The notes: generated by a model not told the origin, from the sequence alone. Counted from the stretch's first letter, positions 39,379 to 52,345 are shown. The stretch is DNA of 64,000 bases from Octopus vulgaris (GCA_951406725.2 OX597829.1:41664001-41728000), one strand, 5' to 3'. Translations and numbers: made by a program.

Positions 39379-40633
39379 TAACGTGAGTAAGAATTCCACT
39401 AACATTTACAGGGGTGTGTCCCCTTCTTCAGCCAAGGATCTAACCCTAACCCTTTTTATACAAACCTGCCTGAGACTGCTCTTGGTTCTATGATACAAAC
39501 TTATTTCTTTTAAAATTATCTAAATTTAAACATTCCATCAAAATTTCATATTATGTTCCAAATTACTAAATTCTTCAATATTTTCAAAATTAATTGATTA
39601 CAGCTGTGTTTGGATCTTAGCAATTATGATTAGCAACACATTAAAAATTTGGCTATTTTACTAAATTTCATCAAATTTAATTGCTATTTATTCAAAATTA
39701 ATTAAAACATATGTAGCATACATCATTAGAAAGTTGGCCATGAAAAGGTTAATATTTAATTAGAAAAAAAATATCAGATCTGTTGAAATAAATAGGAAGA
39801 AAGATGCAATTTAATTAATTCCACAAAGCCATTGCAGAATGATCTGCATGTGTGTGTGTGTGTGTGTGTGCACATCATTATATATGTGTGCATATATAAT
39901 AAACAGAAGTGTATATTGAATGAAAGCATGCAGGAAATTAAAATGGAGTAATTCTATGTTGCTACATAAAATCTGTGATCAAAATTTGCCTTTATTTTTG
40001 CTTATGTCTTGAAGCCATTTCAGTCAGTTGAATGAGGCCAACCTGGAGCACCACCTAGAAGGGTTTTTAATCAATCAAATTGACACCGTTACTCATTTTT
40101 AAAGTTTGGTACTTATTTGATTGATTCCTTTCTGCCGAACCGCTAAGTTGCATGATTGAAGGACAAAACAAAACAAACGAAAACCAGTTATCAGTGTTAC
40201 ACACAATAATGGGTTCCCAAATGGTTTCCATTTACCAAAATTTACCCAGAAGGAATTGGTCATCTCAGGACTCAACTAAATTAGAAGCTGTTGCATGTGT
40301 GTGGTGGTTTTGAAGGTGGAGGAATATTTCCTGGCTCCATACACATACACACAGTACGTATAGAGGTGATTATACAAGTTGGTAGTCTTGTGCATGTATG
40401 CATGCAAGTGTGCATGTATCATCATCATCGTCGTCGTTTAACGTCCGCTTTCCATGCTAGCATGGGTTGGACGATTTTGATTGAGGGCTGGCGAACCAGT
40501 ATGTATACATGTGTATGGTTGTATGTGATTATACATTAATGTGATGGCATTTGTTTATATGACTGTTAGTGAATGTGTTTGTGTGTGTCTTAGTATCTAA
40601 GATTACATTATTTCATGAGTTTTTCCTTTATAA

Positions 40634-40666
<33 letters not shown>

Positions 40667-41493
40667 GGGTGGAGTAATTTGAGAGTGAAATGGCTGCTGT
40701 TTTCTTTTTAGGTCAAATGTCAGTGTAAAAATATGCTGACACATTTTTTTTCTTTTATTTTGTCTTTTTGTTGCTGTTGTCCTGACTGAGCAAACCTTTG
40801 ATCAAAGACATTCCAACAGTCTTTTTAGTATAGCAACTTAGACTACTTCATCTAATGTACCTTGTATCACCACTACCTTTTCGAAGATACAGTGTGCACA
40901 TTTAAGGGAGATTTCATTGTTATTTCTAGCAGAGAGAGTGACCACATATAGGTTCATTTGTTCGCTGGTTTACACATTTGATAGTGTTTCTGGTTACAAG
41001 GGTTTTCCTTCAGGCTTTCATAACTGGATGCTTTTATCAAGCTTCATCAACCTTTCCATACTTTTGCAAGAAACAACTAACAGAGTAAGGCTGAATGTAT
41101 AAAATAAAGAATTTCTGATTAATAAAGAATCTAAATTTACCAAAAAAAAAAAAAACATCCATACAAACTGGGAATTGGAATGGTTTCATATTTGTAGGGT
41201 AGTGGAGTATAGTTAATTAAATCAACATGCATTCACGACTGGTAGTTTATTTTTCTTATTTCTTTTTAATGGTTTGAACCACAGGGGGTGGGGGGTTGTG
41301 CTCCTACTCTTTTCAGAGTTTTGGAGACCTGTGAGACTGACACAGTTAATTCTTGAATAATGACAGCTGCAGAAAAATAATGGCAATGGAGAGAGTAGAT
41401 ACAAATGCTAGGCCTACTAATTAACCCTTTAGCATTTAAACCAGCCATATCTAGTCCCAAATATTCAACTTGCTTTATTCTTTAAATGTACCT

Positions 41494-41864
41494 CTTTTAC
41501 TCGTTTCAGTCAGTTGATTGTGGCCATGCAGGGGCACCGCTTTCAGTCGAGCAAATCGACTCCACGACTTATTCTTTGTTAGTCTAGTACTTATTCTATC
41601 GGTCGCTTTTGCCGAACCGCTAAGTTACGGTAACATAAACATGCCAGCATCAGTTGTCAAGCGATGCTGGGGGACAAACACAGACACACAAACATATACA
41701 CGATGGGCTTCTTTCAATTTCCGTCTACCAAATCCCCTCACAAGGCTTTGGTCGACCTGAGGCTATAGTAGAGGACACTTGCCCAAGGTGCCACACAGTG
41801 GGACAGAACCCGGAACCATGTGGTTGGTAAACAAGCTACTTACCACAAAGCCACTTCTGCGCCT
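41494..41864 (-). mobile_element. SINE family A copy
   Basis: Full head-to-tail match. Confidence 0.82.
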
Positions 41865-42030
41865 CTACAGATTTTCTATAGATTTTGAAGCCAGTGCTGA
41901 AAGTGACGATGTTTCATACACGAATACGTCTATGTAAACAATGTGATCGAACAGTTCTATATGTAAGAGATGAGGAATTATGTACATTATTTACATTTGA
42001 AGGATATTTGTCCTCATCTTGTTTGTTGTT

Positions 42031-42076
42031 AACACAACATTTCGGCTGATATACCCTCCAGCCTTCATCAGATGTC
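42031..42076 (-). ncRNA. Second copy of the same hammerhead motif (slightly decayed)
   Basis: Minus strand: GACAT-CTGATGA-A-GGCTG-gagggtatat-CAGCC-GAAA-TG-TT-GTGTT. Confidence 0.6.
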
Positions 42077-42491
42077 TTGGGGAAATTTTGAACCTGGGTT
42101 CTCATTCCTAAGCTATTTTTCAATGTTGTTGTTATTATTATTATTATTATTATTATTCAGGTCACTGCCTGGAATTGAACTCAGAATCTTGGGGTTAGTA
42201 GCCTGTGTTCTTAACCACTATGCCCAGGGGTATATGGTGTAGTGGTTAAGAGCGCGAGCTACTAACCCTAAGATTCCAAGTTTGTTTCCAGGCACAGACC
42301 TGAATAATAATAATAATAATGATGATGATGATGATAACAATAATAATAATAATAGTAATAATAATGATGATAATAATAATAATAATAATGATGATAATAA
42401 TAATAATAATAACAATAATAATAACAACAATAACAACATCATCATCAAAAAATACCTTAGGAATGAGAACCCAGGTTCAAAATTCCCCCAA

Positions 42492-42537
42492 GACACCTGA
42501 TGAAGGCTGGAGGGTATATCAGCCGAAACGTTGTGTT
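42492..42537 (+). ncRNA. Minimal type I hammerhead ribozyme motif in a tRNA-headed element
   Basis: GACAC-CTGATGA-A-GGCTG-gagggtatat-CAGCC-GAAA-CG-TT-GTGTT. Palindromic ACGT stem III as in dimer-dependent Penelope hammerheads. Confidence 0.7.
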
Positions 42538-42872
42538 AACAACAAACAAGATGAGGACAAATATCTGTCAAATGTAAATAATGTGATCATAGATAGAAAA
42601 ATAGGTAATGGGTGTCTATGCAAAACAAAATACAGTGTCCCTACCAGCAATTAACTTGTTTTATGTTCAAACTGGCCAGTACTACCTCTCACACCTATCC
42701 TACAATGTCATTCTAAAAATAACAATCACATCATCGAAATCTCAAAGTTATGACATTATGCATGATTAATATAAAAACAAAGGGAATAAATAAGCTTTAC
42801 ATTTGAAAGAGTAACCTGAATGGTAAAGAATTAAGAGGATTTCTTTTGCTGAACACACATACATATATATAT

Positions 42873-43083
42873 TTATAACAATAATTAAGGGTTTAGCAAC
42901 GAGTTGTTTAACCACATACCGAAAAATTTAGAAATAGCAGCCAAAAGACCATTATTTCGGTGGGGAAGCTCTACTCCTCGACGGGTGGTGCCGGAAAGAA
43001 ATAACGGTCTTTTGGCTGCTATTTCTAAATTTTTCGGTATGTGGTTAAGCAACTCGTTGCTAAACCCTTAATTATTGTTATAA
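42873..43083. repeat. Inverted repeat with 86-bp arms and a 39-bp GC-rich spacer
   Basis: 42873-42958 versus 42998-43083, two mismatches. Confidence 0.92.
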
Positions 43084-43211
43084 TTATATATAAAACTTCT
43101 TGTATAAGTTTTTACTGAATATGGTTCCTTTCGATACTAAAACTACTTGGTGAAATTTATTAATTATAAATTAATAATTTTTTACCCTATATCAATATCT
43201 ATATATATATA

Positions 43212-43315
43212 CTTTATTTAAAGCAGCAGAAAATTCTACAAAACCTGTTACTCTGAGTTTCACGTGAAACTCAGAGTAACAGGTTTTGTAGAATTTTCTG
43301 CTGCTTTAAATAAAG
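43212..43315. repeat. Perfect 104-bp palindrome with no spacer
   Basis: 52-bp arms are exact reverse complements centred on TTTCAC|GTGAAA. Confidence 0.95.
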
Positions 43316-43386
43316 CATATTACTCTACCACTGGTATTTGAGTACTCTTTTTTTCCACCTTGTTTCACATTTATGTGTTTACTCCA

Positions 43387-43421
<35 letters not shown>

Positions 43422-45168
43422 AGTCTATATCACGAAGACTGGCCTTTTTCTTCAGTGCCAAACAAGAAAATTGCAGCAAAGCTGCATGATAGTTGTGTCA
43501 GATAGGGCACACAGACCATTATATAACTTGTTTGACGTTGCATTTTTATTCTTCTCTTCCATTTTATTTTTTGCCATGCACATCGTTTGTTTTTATTCTC
43601 TCCTATTTTATTTTGCCATGCACATTATCTGATTTTATTCTTCTCTTCTATTTTACAAATTCAGTGTGCACATGCACACATTGCATTTTCGCACTTTTCT
43701 TTCTGGCTCCTACTCAAAACTTTACAGATCACAACCGTCTCACGGACCATCGGTCATGAGGTGCACTTCACGCTTTGATGGTTGTGAAAAGAGATACTCC
43801 AGTCCACATTAAGTACAAACACCCAGCAAGCTCAGACAACATCTATTGTTGTTGCTGTTACATAAACATGTGTCTATGTTGCTGTAGTGTTGTTGCTATT
43901 ACATATATATGTGTCTATGTATCCAAGGCCGCAGTCAAAGAAGGTTATCCGACTGATTAGAATGATATAGGTCACGCAAACATAGTCCAACCTCCATCTC
44001 CTACAAATGTACTATCTACCAACATCGTGTCTATTCACCTCACCTCCCACTCCATTCAGTCCTTTCTTCCCTAAAAGTTAATCCTTTAAAATTCCTTTCC
44101 TACACAAGTTGTTTCTGAAGCCTTTGACTTTCAATTGTTCCAATATTTACCATATCAGTTTTACAGGTGCATGAGGGCATGTGTTACCATCACTACTCCT
44201 TTTGTTCCAGATGTCTAACCAACAACAAAATAAAAAAAGAATCATAAGGAAATAATTATCTTGAACTATGGACTATAATTTCTTATCAACATCCACTGTT
44301 ATCTGCTCCTTGCTCTGACATTCACAAACTGCGACTAACTACAAAGCTTCCAAGAGGCAACTTGACATGTTAGAACTGGCAACCAAATCTTCCATAAATC
44401 ACACCTACTTTTTTTCTACAAACATGATACCGTCACTTAGCGGTTTGGCAAAAGAGACCGATAGAATAAGTACTGGGCTTACAAAGAATAAGTCCTGGAG
44501 TCGATTTGCTCGACTAAAGGCGGTGCTCCAGCATGGCCGCAGTCAAATGACTGAAACAAGTAAAAGAAAGAAAAGATAAAGAAGATATGAGATAATGTGG
44601 TCCAACATAATTCTAAAAGAAGAATGGGATGGTCGTGCCTTTGAACATACTTGCGAAGGCACGTGGCTTAATGCTTGAGGTGTTGACGTAATAATCATTA
44701 TGTCACAGGTCCCATCCTTGAACCAGGTAGTGTATTCAGATCTTCAGCAATGCACTTCATTTCATATTGATTCCGTTAAATCAGCTAAAAATTAGTATTC
44801 GCATCAGTCAGGGTAGGAACTGAACTTAAGATAAATAGGCATCTTGTTCAAGGAGTAGTCTTGTGTTTTCAGTCACCATGGAAATTAGCATAAGGTCCAC
44901 CCAAATGTACAGTGCTTATAGGCACCCAGAAAGTTCTCCTTTGAGGCACAAGGTTTTTTTATGGAAGACCAGTAGTCACCCATGCATACCAGCCTCCTCT
45001 TCCTATGCCACCAATGTTATCCAAGAGAAAGACAGATACAGCTTGGCATCAGTGACATCACAACTCATTTCTACAGCTGAGTGAACTGGGGGCAATGCAA
45101 AATAAAGTGTCTTGTTCAAGAATGACAACACACAGCCCAGTCCAGGAATAAAACTCACTGCCTCTAAC

Positions 45169-45831
45169 CTATTTCTTTACTATCCACAAGGGGCTAAACA
45201 CAGAGAGGACAAACAAGGACAGACAAACGGATTAAGTCAATTACATCAACCTCAGTGTGTAACTGGTACTTTATTTATCGACCCCGAAAGGATGAAAGGC
45301 AAAGCCGACCTTGGCGGAATTTGAACTCAGAACGTAGAGGCAGACGAAATACCTATTTCTTTACTACCCACAAGGGGCTAAACACAGAGGGGACAAACAA
45401 GGACAGACAAATGGATTAAATCGATTATATCAACCCCAGTGTGTAACTGGTACTTATTTAAGGCGGCAAGCTGGCAGAAACGTTAGCACGCCGGATGAAA
45501 TGCTTAGCGGTATTTCGTCTGCCGTTACGTTCCGAGTTCAAATTCCACCGAGGTCGACTTTGCCTTTCATCCTTTCGGGGTCGATAAATTAAGTACCAGT
45601 TCCGCACTGGGGGTCGATGTAATCGACTTAATACCTATGTCTGTCCTTGTTTGTCCCCTCTATGTTTAGCCCCTTGTGGGTAATAAAGAAATAGGTACTT
45701 ATTTAATCGATCCTGAAAGGATGAAAGTCAAAGTCCACCTCAGCGGAATTTGAACTCAGAACATAGCGACAGACGAAATACCGCTGAGCATTTCGCCCGA
45801 CATGCTAACATTTCTGCCAGCTCGCCACCTT
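45169..45831. mobile_element. Nested family B SINEs (plus-strand B inside a minus-strand B dimer)
   Basis: Inner plus copy ~45462-45693 is flanked by TSD GGTACTTATTTAA. Confidence 0.82.
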
Positions 45832-46689
45832 AAAACTGCCTCAAACCACTGAGTCAAATGTAATGCTTATTTATTCGCATTAGCTATAGTAGAAGACACT
45901 TGCCCAAGGTGCCACGCAGTGGAACTGAACTCAGAACCATGTGGTTCATAAGCAAGCTTCTTACCACACAGCCACTCCTAATATATATAACACTAAGATT
46001 TTGATGCCCAAGGTGCCATGCAGTGGAACTGAATCCGGAACTATGTGGTTCGTAAGCAAGCTTGTTACCACAGAGCCACTCCTAATATATATAACTCTAA
46101 GATTTCAATGATGTGATATTTTAAAATTTTAGAATGACATTGTATGATAGGCATGAAAGGACAGATCAGGCCTGTTTGAACATAAAACAGAATAATTTGG
46201 CTTGGTATGGCCAAATTGGTATGGTTTAAATGCTAAGGAGTTAAAGTGATCTAAATTAAAACTTCCCATTAAAATTCCATGTCATTTTATGTCCTAAACA
46301 TCAGCTTAATATCAATAAAGTTATCTTACAATAATCACTCGTTATTTTTTAAAATTAATTGAAAGACAACCAGTGTATTTCAGCAGAAATGTGGTAACAA
46401 AAGGGTTAACTCTTAATTTTTAAAATTTTTTGATCATATAGGCATTGGACTAAACAATAAATAAGTACTTTGCTTAGACACATAATCTAGAAGAATGGTT
46501 GTCATTCTGCCTTCATGCTACACTAAATATCAAAAAAGAAGGATGGACTTTCTTTTTTTTTTTTGTTTCAAAATTTATATTTTAAAAGTTAATCATTTAG
46601 GAAATACAGAAATCTGTCACATCCTCTTTTTTATTAACATATTTCATTAATATAACAAAATTATGAATATATTTAAAAATACTCAAGTA

Positions 46690-47003
46690 AGGCGCAGGAG
46701 TGGAAGTGTGGTAAGTAGTTTCCTCACCAACCACATGGCTCCGGGTTCAGTCCCACAGCGTGGCACCTTGAGCAAGTGTCTTCTACTATAGCCTCGGGCC
46801 AACCAAAGCCTTGTGAGTGGATTTGGTAGACAGAAGCTGAAAGAAGCCCGTCATATATATGTGTATATATGTGTGTGTGTGTGTGTCAAGACCGATAGAA
46901 TAAGTACTAGGCTTACAAAGAATAAGTCCTGGAGTCGATTTGCTCAACTAAAAGGCGGTGTTCCAGCATGGCCACAGTCACATGACTGAAACAAGTAAAA
47001 GAG
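46690..47003 (+). mobile_element. SINE family A copy with internal deletion
   Basis: Head and tail present; the segment after the microsatellite is missing. Confidence 0.8.
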
Positions 47004-47313
47004 TGTATATGACAGGCTTTAGTTTTTGTCTACAAAATCCAGTCATAGGGCTTTGATCAATCTGGGGCCATTGTAGAAGACATTTGCCAAAGGTGGTACA
47101 TGCATATCCAGATGGTAAAGAAGTTTGTATCCCAACCACGTTCTTCTGAGTTTATATCGCCAAGTGTCCTTTATAACCTAGCATCCATTGTTGTTGTTTA
47201 ACCCTAAGCCGGTCTCACCTCTGCAGGCCTATTTTGTAAGTAAGGCATACCAGTATAGCCATTGTCCAAAATCCCTTTTTCTTGTCTTTTAAGATGGTTA
47301 AATTTACACTTAA

Positions 47314-47534
47314 CCCTTTCATTACCGTATTTATTTTGAGATGCTCTGTGTTTCTTTCAATTACTTTAAATATAACAAAGAATTTAGTAAAATAAATTAG
47401 TTATCATTCAGCTTGTATTAGGAACATAAATTGTGACTAAGGTTTGGTGGAGGATTTTAATTGAAACCTTAAGAAAACAAGACATTTGTACAACAGAGCC
47501 AGAGCCGGTTTCAGCCGGGTTGGTAACAAAAGGG
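47314..47534. mobile_element. 221-bp piggyBac-type MITE (second copy)
   Basis: TTAA-CCCTTTCATTAC...GTAACAAAAGGG-CTAA; same length and internal sequence family as 4948-5168. Confidence 0.8.
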
Positions 47535-48024
47535 CTAAGAAATTCTGTTATTTTGAGAAATCACATATGATCTCTACGTGGTGCCTTGATAAAATATTTT
47601 GTGAGCAAGAAGACAAGTAGAAGATGGTTACTACTAACCTTTTAGCATTCAGATCATTCTATCAAATGCTTATTTATTCATATTGTTTTGAGTTAATCAT
47701 GCATTATTGCATAGCTTTGAACTTTTGATGATGATGATGATGTGATAGTTTTTGTTTTAGGATGACATTGTAAGGTAAGTGTGAGAAGAGGATCTTGTCA
47801 GTTTGAACATAAAACAGGAAGGATATCTATGTCAGATATAGTCGGTTTAAATGCTCAAGGATTAGACTGCATGAAGGCCACTGTCATATTGTTTGTCTTC
47901 TTGTGGTCTAGCAGTGGTTTACAAGTGATATATTACATAGAATTTATAAGTGTGACACCCAAGTTATGTAGGTGTATCATGAATTTGTTTAGAAAATCCT
48001 TACTTGGGTATTTTTAAATATATA

Positions 48025-48310
48025 CTCTTTACTCTCTCTCTTTTTACTCTTTTACTTGTTTCAGTCATTTGACTGTGGCCTTTAGTTGAGCAAATCGACA
48101 CCACGACTTATTCTTTGTAAGCCTAGTACTTATTCTATCAGTCGTTTTTGCTGAACCGCTAAGTTACAGGGATGTAAACACACCAGCATCGGTTGTCAAG
48201 CGATGTTGGGAGGACAAACACAGACACACAAACATATACACAAACACATAAATATATATATATATATTTGTTCCACGTCCTCGCGTTTTTTTGTTTTCTT
48301 GTTTGGATTA

Positions 48311-48403
<93 letters not shown>

Positions 48404-48594
48404 ATATATACATATCTATACATATACATATATATATGACAGGCTTCTTTCAGTTTCCATCTACCAAATCTACTCACAAGGCTTTGGTCGGCCCGAGGCT
48501 ATAGTAGAAGACACTTGCCCAAGGTGCCACACAGTGGGACTGAACCTGGAACCATGTGGTTCATAAGCAAGCTTCTTACCACACAACCACTCCT
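48025..48594 (-). mobile_element. SINE family A copy with expanded internal (TA)n
   Basis: Head and tail match; long (TA)n tract at 48314-48437. Confidence 0.8.
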
Positions 48595-48949
48595 AATATA
48601 TATATAGATAAGTTTATCTTTTATCTTTTACTTGTGGTGATACTGGGGCACCACCTTGAAATTTCAGTCAAATGAGTCAACCCCAAGGCAAGCATAGAAA
48701 AGTGAACATCAAAACAATGATGATGATGATTGCTTGCTACCAGTCTATATTGAGTTGAACTGTAATACACAAACTTTAATCAATGAAGACATTACTTAAG
48801 TATTACTTTTAGAAATATACTCCATAAAATGAAAGCACCTATCCAATTGTGATTATTGATTGCTAAGTCACGCCACACTATGATCAGACTATCTACAGTT
48901 AGATGAACACACTTAGAGACAAATACTAGATAAATATTATAAGTATTTT

Positions 48950-49423
48950 GTGGAGGTGCAATGGCCCAGTGGTTAGGGCAGCGGACTCGCGGTCGTAGGA
49001 TTGCGGTTTCGATTCCCAGACCGGGCATTGTGAGTGTTTATTGAGCGAAAACACCTAAAGCTCCACGAGGCTCCGGCAGTACTCTTTCACCACAACTTTC
49101 TCTCACTCTTTCTTCCTGTTTCTGTTGTACCTGTATTTCAAAGGGCCAGCCTTGTCACATTGTGTCACGCTGAATCTCCCCGAGAACTACGTTAAGGTAC
49201 ACGTGTCTGTGGAGTGCTCAGCCACTTGCCCGTTAATAAATGAGCTGTGACGTCAATGGTGCCACGCTGTATCGGCCTTTGCCCTTCCTTTGGATAACAT
49301 CGGTGGTGTGGAGAGGGGACACTGGTATGCATGGGCAACTGCTGGTCTTCCATAAACAACCTTGCCCAAACTTATGCTTCGGAGGGTAATCCCATGGTCA
49401 TTCATGACCGAAGGAGGTCACGA
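48950..49423 (+). mobile_element. Chimeric SINE: D-type head, different middle, family E tail
   Basis: 14-bp TSD ATTATAAGTATTTT at 48936-48949 and 49424-49437. Confidence 0.75.
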
Positions 49424-49780
49424 ATTATAAGTATTTTACTGGTTTCACCCATTGAACTGGAAAACACCTTGAAAAGTTTAGTTAGAGGAACCACTGTGGA
49501 GTGCTAAGCCACTTGCCCGTTAATAAATGAGCTGCGACGTCAATGGTGCCACGCTGTATCGGCCTTTGCCCTTCCCTTGGATAACATCGGTGGTGTGGAG
49601 AGGGGACACTGGTATGCATGGGCAACTGCTGGTCTTCCATAAACAACCTTGCCCAAACTTATGCTTCGGAGGGTAATCCCATGGTCATTCATGACCGAAG
49701 GAGGTCACGAATTATAAGTATTTTACTGGTTTCACCCATTGAACTGGAAAACACCTTGAAAAGTTTAGTTAGAGGAACCA
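49207..49780 (+). repeat. 287-bp tandem duplication
   Basis: 49207-49493 and 49494-49780 differ at about 3 positions; CTG microhomology at the junctions. Confidence 0.9.
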
Positions 49781-50334
49781 CTGCTTATTCCGCCATTTAC
49801 CTCTGTTAATATTAACGTGGTGAGCTGGCAAAATCGTTAGCATACTGGGCAAAATGCTTCGTGACATTTTGTCTATCTTGACATTCTGAGTTCAAATTCC
49901 ACCGAGGTCAAGTTTGCCTTTCATCTCTTCTGTATTCCCCAGAAGAGAGTACTTCAATAGAACAAGTACCAGTTGAGCACTGGGGTTGAGACAATCGATT
50001 TAACCTATGTTATATACCCCTATATTTGGGATTTCTTTCCAAGTGCTTATGCACTATCTATCTTGGACTGATTTCTGTTCTTCTACCTAGGAAAATATCT
50101 GTGACCTTAACTCTTTCAACTAAGCTGAAACTTGAAATTTCTTTTAATTTCATCTGCTCCTAAACATGTACATACATAAACAAGATATATTCTCCAAATA
50201 ACACACATGTACACACACACACACACACACAAAAGACATACACAAACACACATTAGTCACTTGCTCGTTATCTCCATCTATAAATTCTTTTCTCTTAACA
50301 AGCCTCTGATATTTTCCCATTGACTATGCCTGAC

Positions 50335-50656
50335 AAAATCTCTCGTGGAAGCATCATCCAACCAAAGTATAAATATATGGGAAATTACCACCTGTGTCAT
50401 CTCTTGTGAAAGGTAGAAGAGTCCAGTTTGCTGGACATTGTTGTAGAGCTGAAAACGAGGTAATTTCTACTCTTCTCCTCTGGAAGCCATCTGCTCGCAA
50501 TACCAGAGGGCGCACACTCTCCTACCCTGATGTAATCTCCAGGGATACAGGCATCAAGCAACAGGACCTCCGTAATGCTATGATGGACCATGAAGTCTAG
50601 CGTAACATAGTAAATTCCATTGTCTCGACCACGGTCGAACAATGATGATGATGATG
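50335..50656 (+). mobile_element. RTE-clade LINE 3' fragment with (ATG)n tail
   Basis: Encodes NLSWK.HPTK..IYGKLPPVSSLVKGRRVQFAGHCCRA..LLWKP; same family as the 57 kb and 60 kb copies. Confidence 0.82.
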
Positions 50657-51405
50657 CCCGACAAGCTACTTTCAATTCAGTTCCTGTACCAAGAACTATA
50701 ATCTTATCACCTGCAGTTCACCATTCAACTTTGTTTCTTGACAAAGAGGCAGTAGCTCAAATTATTAAACAAAACTTCTCTATTTTCCTTTTACTTCTGC
50801 ATACTCCTATTTCTGTGTTCTTATCATTGCTGAAATCTTTTGGATATATTATGAAGTTCTGATACAGCATCCATCTTAGAATGTATTTGTATTATACATG
50901 TACATACCAATAGTCAAATCATTACAAGTTTAACAGTGTGAAAGAGTAAATGAGTAAAACTAAATGTCTTTATACAAGAAGATCGGAAATTCAAAACTAG
51001 ATCTTTTTTTTTTCTCTCTCTCTAGTTGCAGCCATGCTGATGCACAGCCATGCATTTCTGTGACAAATTTTAGAAATAACTCTTCTACTCTTTTACTTAT
51101 TTCAGTCATTTGACTGCAGTCATGCTGGAGCACCGCCTTTAGTCGAGCAAATCAACTCCAGGACTTATACTTTGGAAGCCTAGTACTTATTCTATCAGTC
51201 TCTTTTGCCGAACCACTAAGTTACGGGGACATAAACACACCAGCATCGGTTGTCAAGCGATGTTGGTGGGACAAACAGACACACAAACATACACACACAC
51301 ACACATATATATATATACACACACACACACACATACATATATACGATGAGCTTCTTTCAGTTTCCGTCTACCAAATCCACTCACAAGGCTATATGAATTA
51401 AAATG

Positions 51406-51443
<38 letters not shown>

Positions 51444-51713
51444 TTCTCTTATTATTACATGGATGGAAAAGGAGTTGACATCAAAATGTAAAATGATACT
51501 AATAACAATCCTTTCTACTAAAGGCATAAGCCCTGAAATTTTGGGGGAGGGGACTAGCCAATTACATTGACCCCAGTGTTTCACTGGTACTTAATTTATT
51601 GACTCTGAAAGGATGAATGGTAAAGTCAACCTAGGTGGGATTTGAACTTAGAATGTAAAGTTGGACAAAATGCATTTTGCCTGGCATGCTAATGATTCTG
51701 TCAGCTCACCGCC

Positions 51714-51748
<35 letters not shown>

Positions 51749-52334
51749 TATAATAATAATAAAAATGGCTTCAAGTTTTGGCACTAGGCCAGCAGCAATT
51801 TGAAGGGAGAGGGACAGACGGTTACATTGACACTATTAGTTGACTGGTACTCATTTAATCAACCCAGAAGAGATGAAAGACAAAGTTGGTGCCCTTGGCA
51901 GGATTTGAGCTCAGAACTTAAAGGCAGACAAAACGATTTGGCCTCTCAAACCTGGACTTCAATGTCATTTTAAAAATAAACAATCATATGATTAAAATCT
52001 CGAAGCTGTAAGATAATTTTTTTGGCCGGGTACAGCCGGGTTAGTAACGAAAGGGTTAATGTAAAATAATGTGAATAAATAAATATTTTGACAGAATAAT
52101 CTGAATGCTAAGGGGTTAATAATCCTTTCTACTGATGGAACAGGGACCAAAATTTTGGTGGAGGGAACTAGTTGGTTGCATCAACTCTAGTTCTCAATTG
52201 GATACTTCTTTCACTGAATCCTGAAAAGATGAAAGGCAAAGCCAACTCCAGCAAAATTTGAAATCCGAATGTAAAGCTGAAAGAAACACAGCTAAGTATA
52301 CGGTAGAATCATTAGATCCTACCAGCATGATGAT

Positions 52335-52345
52335 GCAGCAGCAGC

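Larger units (their letters stand above)
41949..42571. mobile_element. Head-to-head inverted dimer of a tRNA-headed, (AAT)n-containing, hammerhead-bearing element
   Basis: Minus copy ~41951-42224, plus copy ~42227-42585. Each has an A-box-like TAGTGG, a B-box-like GAGTTCAATTCC (decayed in the plus copy), an (AAT/GAT)n tract and a hammerhead. Flanked by ATGTAAA(C/T)AATGTGATC at 41932-41948 and 42572-42588. Confidence 0.8.

Noticed and set aside
39400-39440. Minus-strand CTGAAGA-A-GGGG..CCCC hammerhead-like remnant
   Set aside because: The GAAA core and stem I are missing.
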